From NCBI GenBank assembly GCA_963834385.1, contig CAWIBO010000002.1:640001-704000 (forward strand): DNA of 64,000 nt. Reading direction: 5' to 3'. Below are positions 37,797-47,895 of the stretch, piece after piece. The first letter of the stretch is position 1. Each line of letters starts with the position of its first letter. The notes beneath the pieces are model-generated. The model did not search any database. It saw nothing but the letters and a program-made list of their open reading frames with translations, and was not told the origin of the DNA. This DNA is from an uncultured Verrucomicrobiae bacterium. Lineage in GTDB: Bacteria; Verrucomicrobiota; Verrucomicrobiia; Chthoniobacterales; UBA10450. Both the position numbers and the translations under genes were made by a program.

Positions 37797-38994
37797 CTAG
37801 CGGAAACGGCCCAGCCAGCCATAGGGAAAATCGTCCCCGGGGCAATCGGTTGACCAGCGTGGCGGATTGACCGCTTTATGCGGCCGCACCGCGAGGATGC
37901 GCCCTTCGCTTTTGCCACAGCGTTCGCGCAGGTAACGAATCAACTCCTCGGTCGCCGCGAGCTGGGCTTGGGTCGGCTGATCACGGTTGAAATCGCCCAC
38001 CAGGCAGATGCCTAGTCCGATGTTGTTCAGATAATCGCTGTGCACGTGGCCGCCGTTGATCTGGCGCCGCCAGCGATCGCCGATCTCAATCTGCCCGTTG
38101 CCGGTGGAGGTCCCGTTCCCGACCACAAAATGGTAGGCCATGCCATTGCGCATCTTTCGGACGCGGCGGTGGTAATACTCAAAAATGCGCGCGTTCCCCT
38201 GGCGACTGCCGCTGTTGTGCACCACCACCAGCTTCCAGCGTCCGCGTCGCACGGGCGCGCGCCGAATGGCTTCGATGACCGCGCTGGTCAGGTAACGGTA
38301 GCGGTAGGCGGGTTCGCGCCGGCTGAAGAGCGACCAGAAACCGCGGCGCGGCGGCGGGGAGGGAGGCGGCAGATATCCCTGGTCCTCTTCGAGACCCGAT
38401 TTTTCGACCGTGATATCGGCCGCTCCGCCCTGGAAGGTCTGCGCCGGCGCGCTGGACCCAGGCGGCGCGGGAGCAGGCAGTGGCGGCTCGACTCGCGACC
38501 GCCTTGCGCACCGGAGCCGGCGTTGTTTTCCCTTTGGCCGACTTGCCCTTCGTCTTTTTGGTTTTCGAGGTGGTGGCACCACTCCCGCTCTTCTTCTTCC
38601 CGGACGATGAAGAGGTCTTTTTCCCGCCGCTGGTCTTTTTCTTTTTCGCGCTGCTCGCCGAACTCGATTTCTTCGTGGTCGACTTCTTCGAAGCTGCTTT
38701 TTTCGAAGGAGCGGTTTTCTTTGACGGCGTCGGGCTGCTCTTCTTTGCGCTTTTCGCCGGCGACGTCGACTTCTTCGGTGTTGGCGTGGGCGACTTGGAG
38801 GCGCCGGCGGCCTTCTTTTTCGCCGGGGTGGGAGAGGGCTTCGCCGCCACCGCCTTCTTCACCGTCGGGCTGGAGGCAGTTTCCTGGCCCGAGGCCGTGG
38901 GCAGGAACAGGAGACCGGGCAAAAGCGCGATCGCGAGGGAAAGGCGGAAGCGCGCCACAATGCGGAAGGGTAGCGGCGGAGCGGGCCGCTTCAA
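37797..38994 (-). CDS. N-acetylmuramoyl-L-alanine amidase (Amidase_2/PGRP-like) with a Lys/Ser-rich linker (frameshifted)
   Basis: Signal peptide and K/S linker (ORF 38179..38994); VVHNSG, AYHFVVGNG, GGH, IGLGICLVGDF, PH..TDCPG (ORF 37797..38582). Confidence 0.82.
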
Positions 38995-39875
38995 GCGGGC
39001 TCCGCCGCGGCCTCTGCCGGGACGCCCCGTCTTTCCCGTTCCCGGCGCAGGATGGCGTTGAGTTTACCGCCCAGCAAAAGAAGCAGACAGGTGAGGTACA
39101 TCCAGGTCAGCAGGACAATGACCGAGGCGAGCGCAAGATAGGTCGGGTTGTAGCGGTCATACTCCGCCACATAATATTGGAAGAGTTTCGTCACCACGAT
39201 CCAGCCGAGGGCGAAGAAAATCGCGCCGGGCAGGGCTTGCCGGGCGGTGAGATAATTCTCGGGCGTGAGCAGGTAAAGACCAAGAGCCAGACCGATCAGG
39301 AGCAGGGCGGTAAAGGGAAGACTGAGGGCAAGGACCCATTCCTGCAGAGGAAAATTGAGCTGGAACGTCACCTCCGCCATGCCGGCGAGGGTCTCGCCGA
39401 AAACCACGAAGTTGAAGCAGATCAGCAGGGTCAGTCCAAACCAGAAGAGCAGAAAAAAGGAGATGATGTACTTGGACCACCAGTTTCGGTCCTCCCGGAT
39501 CCCGTGCGTCCGGCTCAGCGCGTGGGAAACCGTCGAGATGAAGAGCATGCCCAGCAGCATCCCGAGAAATATTCCGAGATTGGCCAGGAGACCGCCGGTG
39601 CCCGTCACGACCACGCTCGCCATGGTGGCATCCAGGATCGCGTGCATCCGCGGGTCCGGCGGAAGAAAACTTTTCAGCAGCTCAAACATCTGGTGCAGCT
39701 TTTCCGGGTCGGTCCCGAAAAGGCTGAGCAGGTGCCAGAGAAAGAGAAGACCCGGGGCCACGGCAAAGAGGAGCTGGTAGGCCATTTGCGCCGCCAGACC
39801 GGTCGTGTCGTCGAAAAAAGTTTCGACCACAAGACGGCGCGTCACCTTCCAGCCAAAGCCGAGTCGTCGCATCAT
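38991..39875 (-). CDS. YihY/virulence factor BrkB family membrane protein
   Basis: LAAQMAY, ALPGAIF, YNPTY..LASVIVLLTWMYL..GGKLNA. Confidence 0.9.
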   Translation of the reverse strand: MMRRLGFGWKVTRRLVVETFFDDTTGLAAQMAYQLLFAVAPGLLFLWHLLSLFGTDPEKLHQMFELLKSFLPPDPRMHAILDATMASVVVTGTGGLLANLGIFLGMLLGMLFISTVSHALSRTHGIREDRNWWSKYIISFFLLFWFGLTLLICFNFVVFGETLAGMAEVTFQLNFPLQEWVLALSLPFTALLLIGLALGLYLLTPENYLTARQALPGAIFFALGWIVVTKLFQYYVAEYDRYNPTYLALASVIVLLTWMYLTCLLLLLGGKLNAILRRERERRGVPAEAAAEPA

Positions 39876-39943
39876 TCCGCGGAAGTTTACTTTGCCGCCT
39901 CTAAATTGCCATTACACTCTCGCCGGCCGCGGCCCCCCTCCCC

Positions 39944-41038
39944 ATGGTGAAACGCATCCTGATCCTCACGGCCGGATTCGGCGAAGGTCATAACGCGGCC
40001 GCGCGCGGCCTGCGCGATGCCCTGGCCCGGCTGGGCCCGGCGGCGGCCGAGGTCGAGATGCACGATCTTTTCGCCGAGACCTACGGCATTGCCAACGAAT
40101 GGACCCGGCGCCTTTATCTCGCCGTGATCAACCATTGGCCGGTCCAATGGTCGGCCTTTTACCAGTGGCTCGATCGCCGGCAGACTTTTGATCTGCGGAT
40201 GTTTTTTTGGGCGCGCAACCGGCTCGCCGCCTTGCTGGCCCGGTTCCGGCCCGACGTCATCGTCTGCGTTTACCCGGCTTATCCCTACATGCTGGCGGAA
40301 ATCCTCGGGGACTCCGGCAGCGGCGGGGCCCGGCGCGTGGTCGTGGTGACCGACTCGCTCACGGTCAACGCCATCTGGCATCGCGCGGCCGCCGATTATT
40401 TTTTCGTGCCGAACGCCCTCACCGCGGATGTCATGCGGGCAGCGAGCGTGCCGGAAGAAAAACTGCGCGACTTTGGTTTTCCGGTGAACCCCCGGTTCGC
40501 CGAGGAAGAAACTGCCGCGCCCGAAGCGGCGGACGCGCCACGCCGGATCCTCCTCATGATCAGTTCTGGAAAATCGACCGCGCCCGATCTGGTGCGGCGC
40601 CTGGCGGCGTTGCCCAACACGGAACTGACCGTCACCTCCGGCCGGGATGAAACCCTTCGCGCCCGGCTCGAGCAGACGCGGGCGGAGTCGGGTCTGGCCT
40701 TTGAAGTCGTCGGCTGGAGCGATGAAATGCCGCGCCTGATGCGGCGCAGCCATCTGCTGATCAGCAAGGCGGGTGGAGCCACGGTGCAGGAAACGATTGC
40801 CGCTGGTTGCCCTCTCATCATCAACCAGGTGGTGCCGGGGCAGGAAGAAGGGAACGCTCGCCTGATTGAGCAGACCCGCTCGGGCCGGGTGGCCGGGTCC
40901 GACGACGAAGTGGTGGCCGCGGTGGAAGCGGCCTTTGCCGATGGCGCCGCGCTCTGGCAGGAATGGGCCGCGAATATTCGGGCGCAAAGCCGGCCCGGGG
41001 CCGCCCTCGAGGCGGCGCGTTTCCTTACCTCCCTGTAG
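39944..41038 (+). CDS. MGDG-synthase/UgtP-like glycolipid glycosyltransferase (GT28)
   Basis: TAGFGEGHNAAA, VVTD, GFPV, ISKAGGAT..E, PGQEEGN. Confidence 0.88.
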   Translation: MVKRILILTAGFGEGHNAAARGLRDALARLGPAAAEVEMHDLFAETYGIANEWTRRLYLAVINHWPVQWSAFYQWLDRRQTFDLRMFFWARNRLAALLARFRPDVIVCVYPAYPYMLAEILGDSGSGGARRVVVVTDSLTVNAIWHRAAADYFFVPNALTADVMRAASVPEEKLRDFGFPVNPRFAEEETAAPEAADAPRRILLMISSGKSTAPDLVRRLAALPNTELTVTSGRDETLRARLEQTRAESGLAFEVVGWSDEMPRLMRRSHLLISKAGGATVQETIAAGCPLIINQVVPGQEEGNARLIEQTRSGRVAGSDDEVVAAVEAAFADGAALWQEWAANIRAQSRPGAALEAARFLTSL

Positions 41039-42182
41039 AGAGAAGGGCGCCGGCCAGGTAGGTTCTTTTTACCTCAAGCGCCGGGTCCAGCACAACCAGG
41101 TCGGCCTGCAACCCGACCGCAATCCGCCCTTTCTCGGCCTCCAGTCCAAGAACACGCGCAGGGTTGGTCGAGGCCATCCGAACGATTTCCTCCAGCGGAG
41201 CCTCCGTGGCCTCTTTCATGGTGCGCACACAATCGATCATGCGCGCCGCGCTCCCGGCCAGGGCCGATCCGTCTGCCAGTTTGCAGACCCCGTCGTCCAC
41301 CACGCAGTCGCGGCCGGCCAGCGAGAACGCGCTCCCCTGCGCAAGCCCAGCCCCGGCGGTGGCGTCGGTGATGAGACAGATATGGTCAGGCCCTTTGGCA
41401 CGATAAAGGACGCGCAACAATTCCGGCCGCACATGGTGCCCATCGGCGATCACTTCACAAACGAGGCCCGGTTCGCCGAGGGCAAATTCGAGGAGCCCCC
41501 CTTCGCGATAGATCCCGCGCCGGTGGGTCGTGGACATGCAATTAAAGGTATGGGTGGTTTGGCGCAGTCCCGCCTCCCAGGCCTGCGCCACCACGGATGC
41601 GGAAGCGTCGCTGTGCCCGCCGCTCACCCGCACACCGCGCCGGGTCATCTCGCGGATGGCCTCAAGCGCTCCCGGGAGTTCCGGAGCCAGGGTCACGATC
41701 CTGAGCAGATCGGCGTCTTCCAGAATTTCCTCCACCAGCGCCGGGGTTGGTTCGAGAAAACAGTCTAGTCGCTGCGCTCCCGGTTTCCGCGGGGAAAGAA
41801 ACGGTCCCTCGAGGTGAACGCCGGCCACCTGCGGCAGGGCGGTTCGCGCAGCGCGCACCGCGGCCACGGTTTGTCGGATCGTGGGGAGCGGCGCCGAAGC
41901 CGTGGTCAGGAGCAGGGAGGTCGTGCCGCCGGCGGCGTGAAAATCGCAAATGGCGCGAAAGGCCTCGGGGACGGCTTCCATGGTGTCGCGCCCCGCGCCG
42001 CCGTGCAGGTGAAGATCGATAAAACCAGGCACCAGGAAATCTCCGGCAAGATCGTGAATGGTTTCACCCGGTCGCGCCGACCCTCGCCTTGAAAGGGCGA
42101 CAATGCGTTCTCCCGCCACTTCGACCTCGAGATCTTCCCGGACGCCGTCCGGCAGCACCACGCGCCCATTGGTGAAGATCAT
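41025..42182 (-). CDS. nagA: N-acetylglucosamine-6-phosphate deacetylase
   Basis: PGFIDLHLHG, HLEGPF, GHS, THTFNCM, IADGHH, LITDA, LAGS. Confidence 0.95.
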   Translation of the reverse strand: MIFTNGRVVLPDGVREDLEVEVAGERIVALSRRGSARPGETIHDLAGDFLVPGFIDLHLHGGAGRDTMEAVPEAFRAICDFHAAGGTTSLLLTTASAPLPTIRQTVAAVRAARTALPQVAGVHLEGPFLSPRKPGAQRLDCFLEPTPALVEEILEDADLLRIVTLAPELPGALEAIREMTRRGVRVSGGHSDASASVVAQAWEAGLRQTTHTFNCMSTTHRRGIYREGGLLEFALGEPGLVCEVIADGHHVRPELLRVLYRAKGPDHICLITDATAGAGLAQGSAFSLAGRDCVVDDGVCKLADGSALAGSAARMIDCVRTMKEATEAPLEEIVRMASTNPARVLGLEAEKGRIAVGLQADLVVLDPALEVKRTYLAGALLSTGR

Positions 42183-42284
42183 CGCCCAGCCTAAGCGCGT
42201 GGCGGCGCGCACGCACGGTTTTAGCGCGGGGCAAAGGACGGAACCGGTTGCCTTTGCCGGTGCGGCACACGAAGATCAGCCTCA

Positions 42285-43829
42285 ATGCCTTTCGATTACG
42301 ATGCCGTCATCATCGGGGGCGCTTTCTCGGGCGCCGCCACCGCCATGGTGCTCAAGCGCAAGGCGCCGGGAGCGCGGGTGCTCCTGCTCGAAAAATCACG
42401 GCAGTTCGACCGCAAAGTCGGCGAATCCACCACCGAGGTCAGCAGTTGTTTCATGACCCGTATCCTCGGCCTGACCAACTATCTCGGGCATCACCAGCTG
42501 ACCAAGCAGGGTTTGCGGATGTGGTTTGCGCGTCGCCCGGACCAGGCCTTTGACGATTGCGTGGAGCTGGGTGGCAAATATCAATCGCGGCTCCCGACCT
42601 TTCAGGTGGACCGCTCGACGCTCGATCAGCACCTGCTCGAGCAGGCGGTGGCGGCGGGATGCGACCTGGCCCGTCCGGCGAAGGTAACCGGCTTTGATCT
42701 CGGCGGCAGCGCGGGCCAGACCGTGAAATTCGAGAGGGAAGGCGTCGAGGAAACGGTTTCCTGCCGCTGGATCGTGGACGCCAGCGGCCGCGCCGCGCTT
42801 CTCCCCCGCCGGCTCGGCCATTTCCGGGCCAACACCGATCATCCGACCAGCGCCGTCTGGGCGCGCTTCACCGGGGTGAAGGACTGGGACAGCTACGATT
42901 GGCGGGAGAAATTTCCGGACTATGCCAACGCCTGCCGCACCGGGCGATCCTGGGCGACAAACCATCTCATGGGCCTGGGCTGGTGGTGCTGGATCATCCC
43001 GCTGAAAGGGGGCGACGTCTCGGCCGGCCTTGTTTACGACCGCCGTATTTTTCAACTGCCCGAAGGAGAAAACCTGCCCGCGCGTCTGCTGACCCACCTG
43101 CGCTCGCACCCGGTCGGGGCGACAATTTTCGCCGAAGCCGCCGCGGTGGAACACGACGTGCGGGCTTTTTCCGGGCTCCCTTATTACAGCGAAAAAGTCT
43201 GCGGAGACGGATGGGCCGTCGTCGGGGACGCCGCCGGGTTCATCGATCCGCTTTACAGCCCCGGCCTCGATTTTTGCTCCTACACGAGCAATTACGTCGC
43301 CGGCCTGATCGCCCGCCAGTTTCAGGGTGAAGATGTCGGGGCCGCTCTTTCCTATTACAACGAACAATACCCGGTGACCTACCGGAGCTGGTTCGAAACG
43401 CTTTACCGGGACAAGTACTACTACATGGGAGACGCCGAGCTGATGTCTGCCGCGCTTCTCCTCGATGTTGGTCTTTACATTGCCGGTCTGGTCCAGCCCG
43501 CTTATGCGGACCCGGAGAAGGCGTTCATGAGCCTGCCCTTCGAAGGCGTGCCGGGACGGGTGGTCACGGCCCTCATGAGTCTTTACAACCGGCGGCTGGC
43601 GGCGCTCGCGCGCCAGCGACTGGCCCATGGCACTTATGGTCTGCGGAACGAGGGATGGCGCGAGCTTTACGACGGTTTTGTGCCGGACCGGCGGGTGTTC
43701 AAGCTCGTGCGCAAGGGTCTCCTGCGCTGGTGGCGCGCGGAACTGGCCGCATTTTTCACGGCCGATCCCGCGCCCGGGGAAGCCGGGAGGCGCGACCCCG
43801 CCGCCCGTGCCCAGGCCTGCGAGGTTTGA
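42285..43829 (+). CDS. Flavin-dependent halogenase-like oxidoreductase
   Basis: IIGGAFSG, KVGES, TKQG, QVDRS..D, DASGR, WCWIIP (WxWxIP), GDAAGFIDPLYSPG. Confidence 0.8.
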   Translation: MPFDYDAVIIGGAFSGAATAMVLKRKAPGARVLLLEKSRQFDRKVGESTTEVSSCFMTRILGLTNYLGHHQLTKQGLRMWFARRPDQAFDDCVELGGKYQSRLPTFQVDRSTLDQHLLEQAVAAGCDLARPAKVTGFDLGGSAGQTVKFEREGVEETVSCRWIVDASGRAALLPRRLGHFRANTDHPTSAVWARFTGVKDWDSYDWREKFPDYANACRTGRSWATNHLMGLGWWCWIIPLKGGDVSAGLVYDRRIFQLPEGENLPARLLTHLRSHPVGATIFAEAAAVEHDVRAFSGLPYYSEKVCGDGWAVVGDAAGFIDPLYSPGLDFCSYTSNYVAGLIARQFQGEDVGAALSYYNEQYPVTYRSWFETLYRDKYYYMGDAELMSAALLLDVGLYIAGLVQPAYADPEKAFMSLPFEGVPGRVVTALMSLYNRRLAALARQRLAHGTYGLRNEGWRELYDGFVPDRRVFKLVRKGLLRWWRAELAAFFTADPAPGEAGRRDPAARAQACEV

Positions 43830-44764
43830 ACGCGACCGCAGGGACCGGTGCGCCGGCGACACCCCGGCGCTGGCGGCGCCTCGCGGCGGAGGGAGTTTTC
43901 TGGCGTCATTATCTCGACTGGGCGGCCGCCGAGGTTCCGTTCTTCCTCAAGCCCCTGAACCTCGCCTTCATGACGTCGTTCTTCCTTCTTTTCGCCGCTC
44001 CACCGCGACGCGCCCTCCTGGCAAATCTTCGTGCGATTTATCGCACTCCCTTTCCCCTGCTCCGGGCCTGGCGGACTTTTTACAATTATGCCGCCGGGCT
44101 GGGCGACGCCTCTTTTTATCGGCAGTTTCGCCGCTCTTTCACCTACGAATTGGACGGAAGCGAACATCTCCAGGCGCTCGCGGCGGTGCCCGCCGCCATC
44201 GTCCTGACCGCGCACATGGGGAACTACGATCTGGGAGCTGCCATTTTTACCCGCAAGTTCGGACGTTCGCTCCGCGTCGTTCGGGCACCGGAATTGGACC
44301 AGGAAAGCGCCCGCCACACCCAGGAAGCGCTCGAGCACTCCGCCGACCAGGCGGTCAAGGTCGATTACAACACGGACAGCATGCTTTCCTTTGATCTTCT
44401 GGCCGCCTTGCGCGGCGGCGAAGTCGTTTCCATTCAGGGAGACCGTGCGCCCGCCGGCATGCCCAGCAGCGAGACGATCCTCTTTGGCCGGCCGTTCCGT
44501 GTTCCCAGCGGCCCCTTTGCCCTGGCCTTCGTCACGGAGACCCCGATCTATCCGCTTTTTACCCTGCGCACCGGTTACCGCTGTTATCGCATTCTGGCCC
44601 TTCCCCCGATCCGCCTGAGCCGGGCCGAGGGTCCGCGGGACGAGCAAATTGCCGCCGCCGTGGCCCGCTGGGCCGCGGAGCTGCAGCGCGTTATCCGCGA
44701 ATTCCCAAACCAGTGGTTCGCTTTCGTCCCGCTCTTTTCCGCCGATGGAAACCATTCCGGCTAA
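43826..44764 (+). CDS. LpxL-like lysophospholipid/lipid A acyltransferase family protein
   Basis: TAHMGNYD (HX4D/E), IQGDR, FG..F..PSGPF, PNQWF; TTG start overlaps the halogenase stop. Confidence 0.82.
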   Translation: MNATAGTGAPATPRRWRRLAAEGVFWRHYLDWAAAEVPFFLKPLNLAFMTSFFLLFAAPPRRALLANLRAIYRTPFPLLRAWRTFYNYAAGLGDASFYRQFRRSFTYELDGSEHLQALAAVPAAIVLTAHMGNYDLGAAIFTRKFGRSLRVVRAPELDQESARHTQEALEHSADQAVKVDYNTDSMLSFDLLAALRGGEVVSIQGDRAPAGMPSSETILFGRPFRVPSGPFALAFVTETPIYPLFTLRTGYRCYRILALPPIRLSRAEGPRDEQIAAAVARWAAELQRVIREFPNQWFAFVPLFSADGNHSG

Positions 44765-45230
44765 CGATTCCCCCGGAGGCTACTTCGCCCTGCGCCGGCT
44801 TTGGCTTTATCTCCGCCGGGGCGCGGCGGTCCGTTCGGAAGACGACTGGCGCGAGGCGCACTTCCCCGGGTATTTCATGTTCGCCCTTACCTTTTTCTTT
44901 TTCGTCCACCGCCTCTTCGGCCAATTGGAACTCCATGAGTTGATCTGGCTGCCTTTGCTTGTTATCCCGGTCTGGCTGACCTGGCCGCTTCTGATCCATT
45001 TGAACGCCTGGGTGGCGGGCCGGCTTCGTCACCTGGGCCTGACCGATCTGCCCAGCCATCGCGTGCAAAGCGTCCTGTTTGGGTTCGTCATGAGCCTTCT
45101 CGCCGTTGATCTGGTGCTCGCTCCTTCCTGGATGCGCTGGTTCGGGGTCGTCTGGCTGGCCGCGGTGGCCTTGAATTTGGGCGCGGCCCTTGTTCTCGCG
45201 CTCTGGGGGATCAATGGGGATGCGGAATAG
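44745..45230 (+). CDS. Hypothetical membrane protein (about 4 TM)
   Basis: Hydrophobic; overlaps both neighbours, as expected in an operon. Confidence 0.65.
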   Translation: METIPANDSPGGYFALRRLWLYLRRGAAVRSEDDWREAHFPGYFMFALTFFFFVHRLFGQLELHELIWLPLLVIPVWLTWPLLIHLNAWVAGRLRHLGLTDLPSHRVQSVLFGFVMSLLAVDLVLAPSWMRWFGVVWLAAVALNLGAALVLALWGINGDAE

Positions 45231-46011
45231 GCGCTGGCTTCGGATCGCGCTTTTGACCCCGGCGGTGCTCGCGCCCGTCTGGACGCTTTTCGTTCTCCCG
45301 CATTCCCTCCTTTTCGGCCTGCTCCCCCTTTTCCTTTCCCACCTGCTCCTTCTCTACCCCACGCTCAACCCGCTCTCACAATGGTGGGGCACGGTGGTCA
45401 CGCGCTTTGATACGCCGCGACGCGAGGTCTGGCTCACCCTGGATGATGGCCCGTGGCCCGGACATACGGAGGCCTTCCTGGATCTTCTTGATCGTTACGG
45501 GGCGAGGGCCACCTTCTTTGTCATCGGCCGCCGTGCCGAGGCACACCCCGCTCTCGCGCAGGAAATCCTCCGGCGGGGGCATCAGCTCGCCAATCACACC
45601 TGGTCGCACCCCAGCTTCTCCTTTTGGTGCGCCACCCGGTCGAGGATTCGGCAGGAACTCGACCGGACCGAAAATCTCCTCCGGGCCTTCGGCGCGACGA
45701 ATCAACTTTTCCGGGCGCCGGCCGGGCTCAAAAACTTTCTGCTCCATCCCCTCCTGGACCGGCGCGGCCTCCGGTTGATCGGGTGGTCGGCCCGCGGCCA
45801 TGACACCGTCCGGCGCGACCCGGAGAAAGTGGCTCAGGCCGTCACCCGCCGTCTTTTTCCCGGCGCGATCATTCTTCTTCACGAGGGCACACATGGGCCG
45901 GGGGAGAGCAGCCTGGCGCCGCGCTGCCTGGAGCGGACCCTGCAGTTGTTGCAGGCGCAGGGTTATTCCTGCGTTCTCCCGCCGGCGGACCAGTTGCGAC
46001 CGGCGTCCTAA
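45214..46011 (+). CDS. Membrane-anchored polysaccharide deacetylase (CE4)
   Basis: LTLDDGP, ATFF, HQLANHTWSH, FRAP, IILLHE. Confidence 0.9.
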   Translation: MGMRNRRWLRIALLTPAVLAPVWTLFVLPHSLLFGLLPLFLSHLLLLYPTLNPLSQWWGTVVTRFDTPRREVWLTLDDGPWPGHTEAFLDLLDRYGARATFFVIGRRAEAHPALAQEILRRGHQLANHTWSHPSFSFWCATRSRIRQELDRTENLLRAFGATNQLFRAPAGLKNFLLHPLLDRRGLRLIGWSARGHDTVRRDPEKVAQAVTRRLFPGAIILLHEGTHGPGESSLAPRCLERTLQLLQAQGYSCVLPPADQLRPAS

Positions 46012-47102
46012 AGATCCGCGGGATAAAGCAACGCGAGATACCATTCCACCAGCGCGTCGCCGAAGAACATCCAGATCAGGGCGCCCGCCGCCAGATAGGG
46101 ACCGAATGGAAGCTTGGTTGACCACGCCCGCCCCCCGGAGAGCAACGCCGCCAGGCCCAGGACCGAGCCGAGGAGCGACCCGGCAAAAACGCTGAAGAGC
46201 ACGGCGCGCCATCCGAGAAAGGCCCCGATGCAGGCAAGGAACTTCAGGTCGCCGCGCCCCATCGCCTCCCGCGGGATTTGAAGTTCCCGCACCGTGCCCG
46301 TGATCCGGTTCACCTGATCGAGGGCAAACTCGTCCCCGGCGACAAAAAGACGATCGTAGCGCAGGCGCAGGGTCGCCGCTCCCAGGTCGCGCGCGTCGAG
46401 CATGACGCGGTCGCACTGCATGGTCATCACATCTGATTCGCGGCTGAAATGATCGCTCCAGAGCCCCGTCTCCTCCCCCACCGCGAAGCGGGCGTCCTGG
46501 CCCTCCCGGATCCAGGAAAAGGGAACAGGAGCGTCGAGGCGGATGCGCTTCTTGCCGAAGACGAGCTTGCCGGCCTCAAGCACGCCCCAGAGAAGAAAAT
46601 ACCCCAGCACGGCCGCGCCAAGGGAATGACCAAGCGCCGCGAGGCGATCCGTTTGCCTCATCAACTCGGGCACGAGCAGGCTCGCCACCACGCCCGCGGC
46701 CGCCCCGCCCAGCGATATCTCGTCGGGGATGATGAAATGCTCGAAGTCGACAAAGGTCGCGACCAGCACGAGCGCGAGGAAAACCCAATAGCAGATCGCC
46801 ACCGCGGGCGGAAAAGCCATCCAGGCGGCGAGAAAAAGGAGACCGGTCAGGAGCTCGACCAGAAAATAACGGAAGGCGATGGGAGCGCCGCAGGAAGCGC
46901 AGCGTCCCCGCAAAAGCAGCCAGCTCAGCAGGGGAATATTCCGGTGCCATGGGATCGGCGCACGACAAGCCGGACAAAATGAGCGGCGCGGTTCGTTTAC
47001 CGAGAGGTCGCGCGGCATCCGGTAGATGCAGACGTTCAAAAACGACCCGATGGAGGCGCCGAGGACAAAGGCAAAGACTTGAAAAAGAATTTCAAAGGTC
47101 AT
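46008..47102 (-). CDS. pilD: Prepilin peptidase (A24) with an internal insertion
   Basis: GSFLNVCIYR, CPAC/CASC, VDFEH, MGRGDLK, LPFGPYL. Confidence 0.9.
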   Translation of the reverse strand: MTFEILFQVFAFVLGASIGSFLNVCIYRMPRDLSVNEPRRSFCPACRAPIPWHRNIPLLSWLLLRGRCASCGAPIAFRYFLVELLTGLLFLAAWMAFPPAVAICYWVFLALVLVATFVDFEHFIIPDEISLGGAAAGVVASLLVPELMRQTDRLAALGHSLGAAVLGYFLLWGVLEAGKLVFGKKRIRLDAPVPFSWIREGQDARFAVGEETGLWSDHFSRESDVMTMQCDRVMLDARDLGAATLRLRYDRLFVAGDEFALDQVNRITGTVRELQIPREAMGRGDLKFLACIGAFLGWRAVLFSVFAGSLLGSVLGLAALLSGGRAWSTKLPFGPYLAAGALIWMFFGDALVEWYLALLYPADL

Positions 47103-47893
47103 GGCGCGTCCTCCTTCCGGTCGGCCGCGGGGACGAGGCGCGGCCGCATGAACCAGGCGATCCAGATGCAGCTCTCGTAAAGGAAATACATCGGGATGGC
47201 CATGGCCATCAGGGTCAGGACATCCGGAGTCGGCGTGATCAGGGCGGCCAGGATCACGATCAAAACAATCGCATACGGCCTGGTGCGCGCCATGAGGGCA
47301 TGGCTGATCACGCCAAGACGGACCATGGCGAGGACCACCACCGGGAGTTCAAAGGCGAGGCCGAACCCGATGGTGAAACGGGTCACGAACGAATAATACT
47401 CGCGCACCGTCCATTCCGGGATCCAGCCGAGCGAGCGCGCATCATGGAAAAAGAAGGCGATCGTCTTCGGCAGCAGAAAGTGATAACAGAAGAGCACCCC
47501 GGCCGCGAAGAGCAGAAAACTCACCAGGACGCCCGGAAGGACCACCCGTTTCTCCAGCGCGGTCAGGGCCGGCAGGACAAACTCCGCCGCGAAATAAAGC
47601 AGGACGGGAAAGGCCACCACGATCCCGGCATAAAAGGCGAGCGAGAAGGAAATCGTCATCGAATCGGTGATGCCGAGCGAGCGCAACGGCGTGTTTGTTC
47701 CAAGGACGTCGAGCGGCGCCTGAATGAGATGGGTCAGGCTGGAACGGAAAACGAGGCACAACGCCATGGCCGCCGCGAGGGCGATCGCCATCTTGACCAC
47801 GGTCCAACGCAGGTCCTCGAGGTGCTCCATGAACGGCTTGGTCGCTTCGCCACCAGGCGCTTCCCGGAACTTGAACATGTTGCGCAGAGCCAT
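47099..47893 (-). CDS. tatC: Twin-arginine translocase subunit TatC
   Basis: PFMEHLEDLR, FVLPAL..EK, FELP, ITPTPD, LYE. Confidence 0.93.
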   Translation of the reverse strand: MALRNMFKFREAPGGEATKPFMEHLEDLRWTVVKMAIALAAAMALCLVFRSSLTHLIQAPLDVLGTNTPLRSLGITDSMTISFSLAFYAGIVVAFPVLLYFAAEFVLPALTALEKRVVLPGVLVSFLLFAAGVLFCYHFLLPKTIAFFFHDARSLGWIPEWTVREYYSFVTRFTIGFGLAFELPVVVLAMVRLGVISHALMARTRPYAIVLIVILAALITPTPDVLTLMAMAIPMYFLYESCIWIAWFMRPRLVPAADRKEDAP

Positions 47894-47895
47894 GG

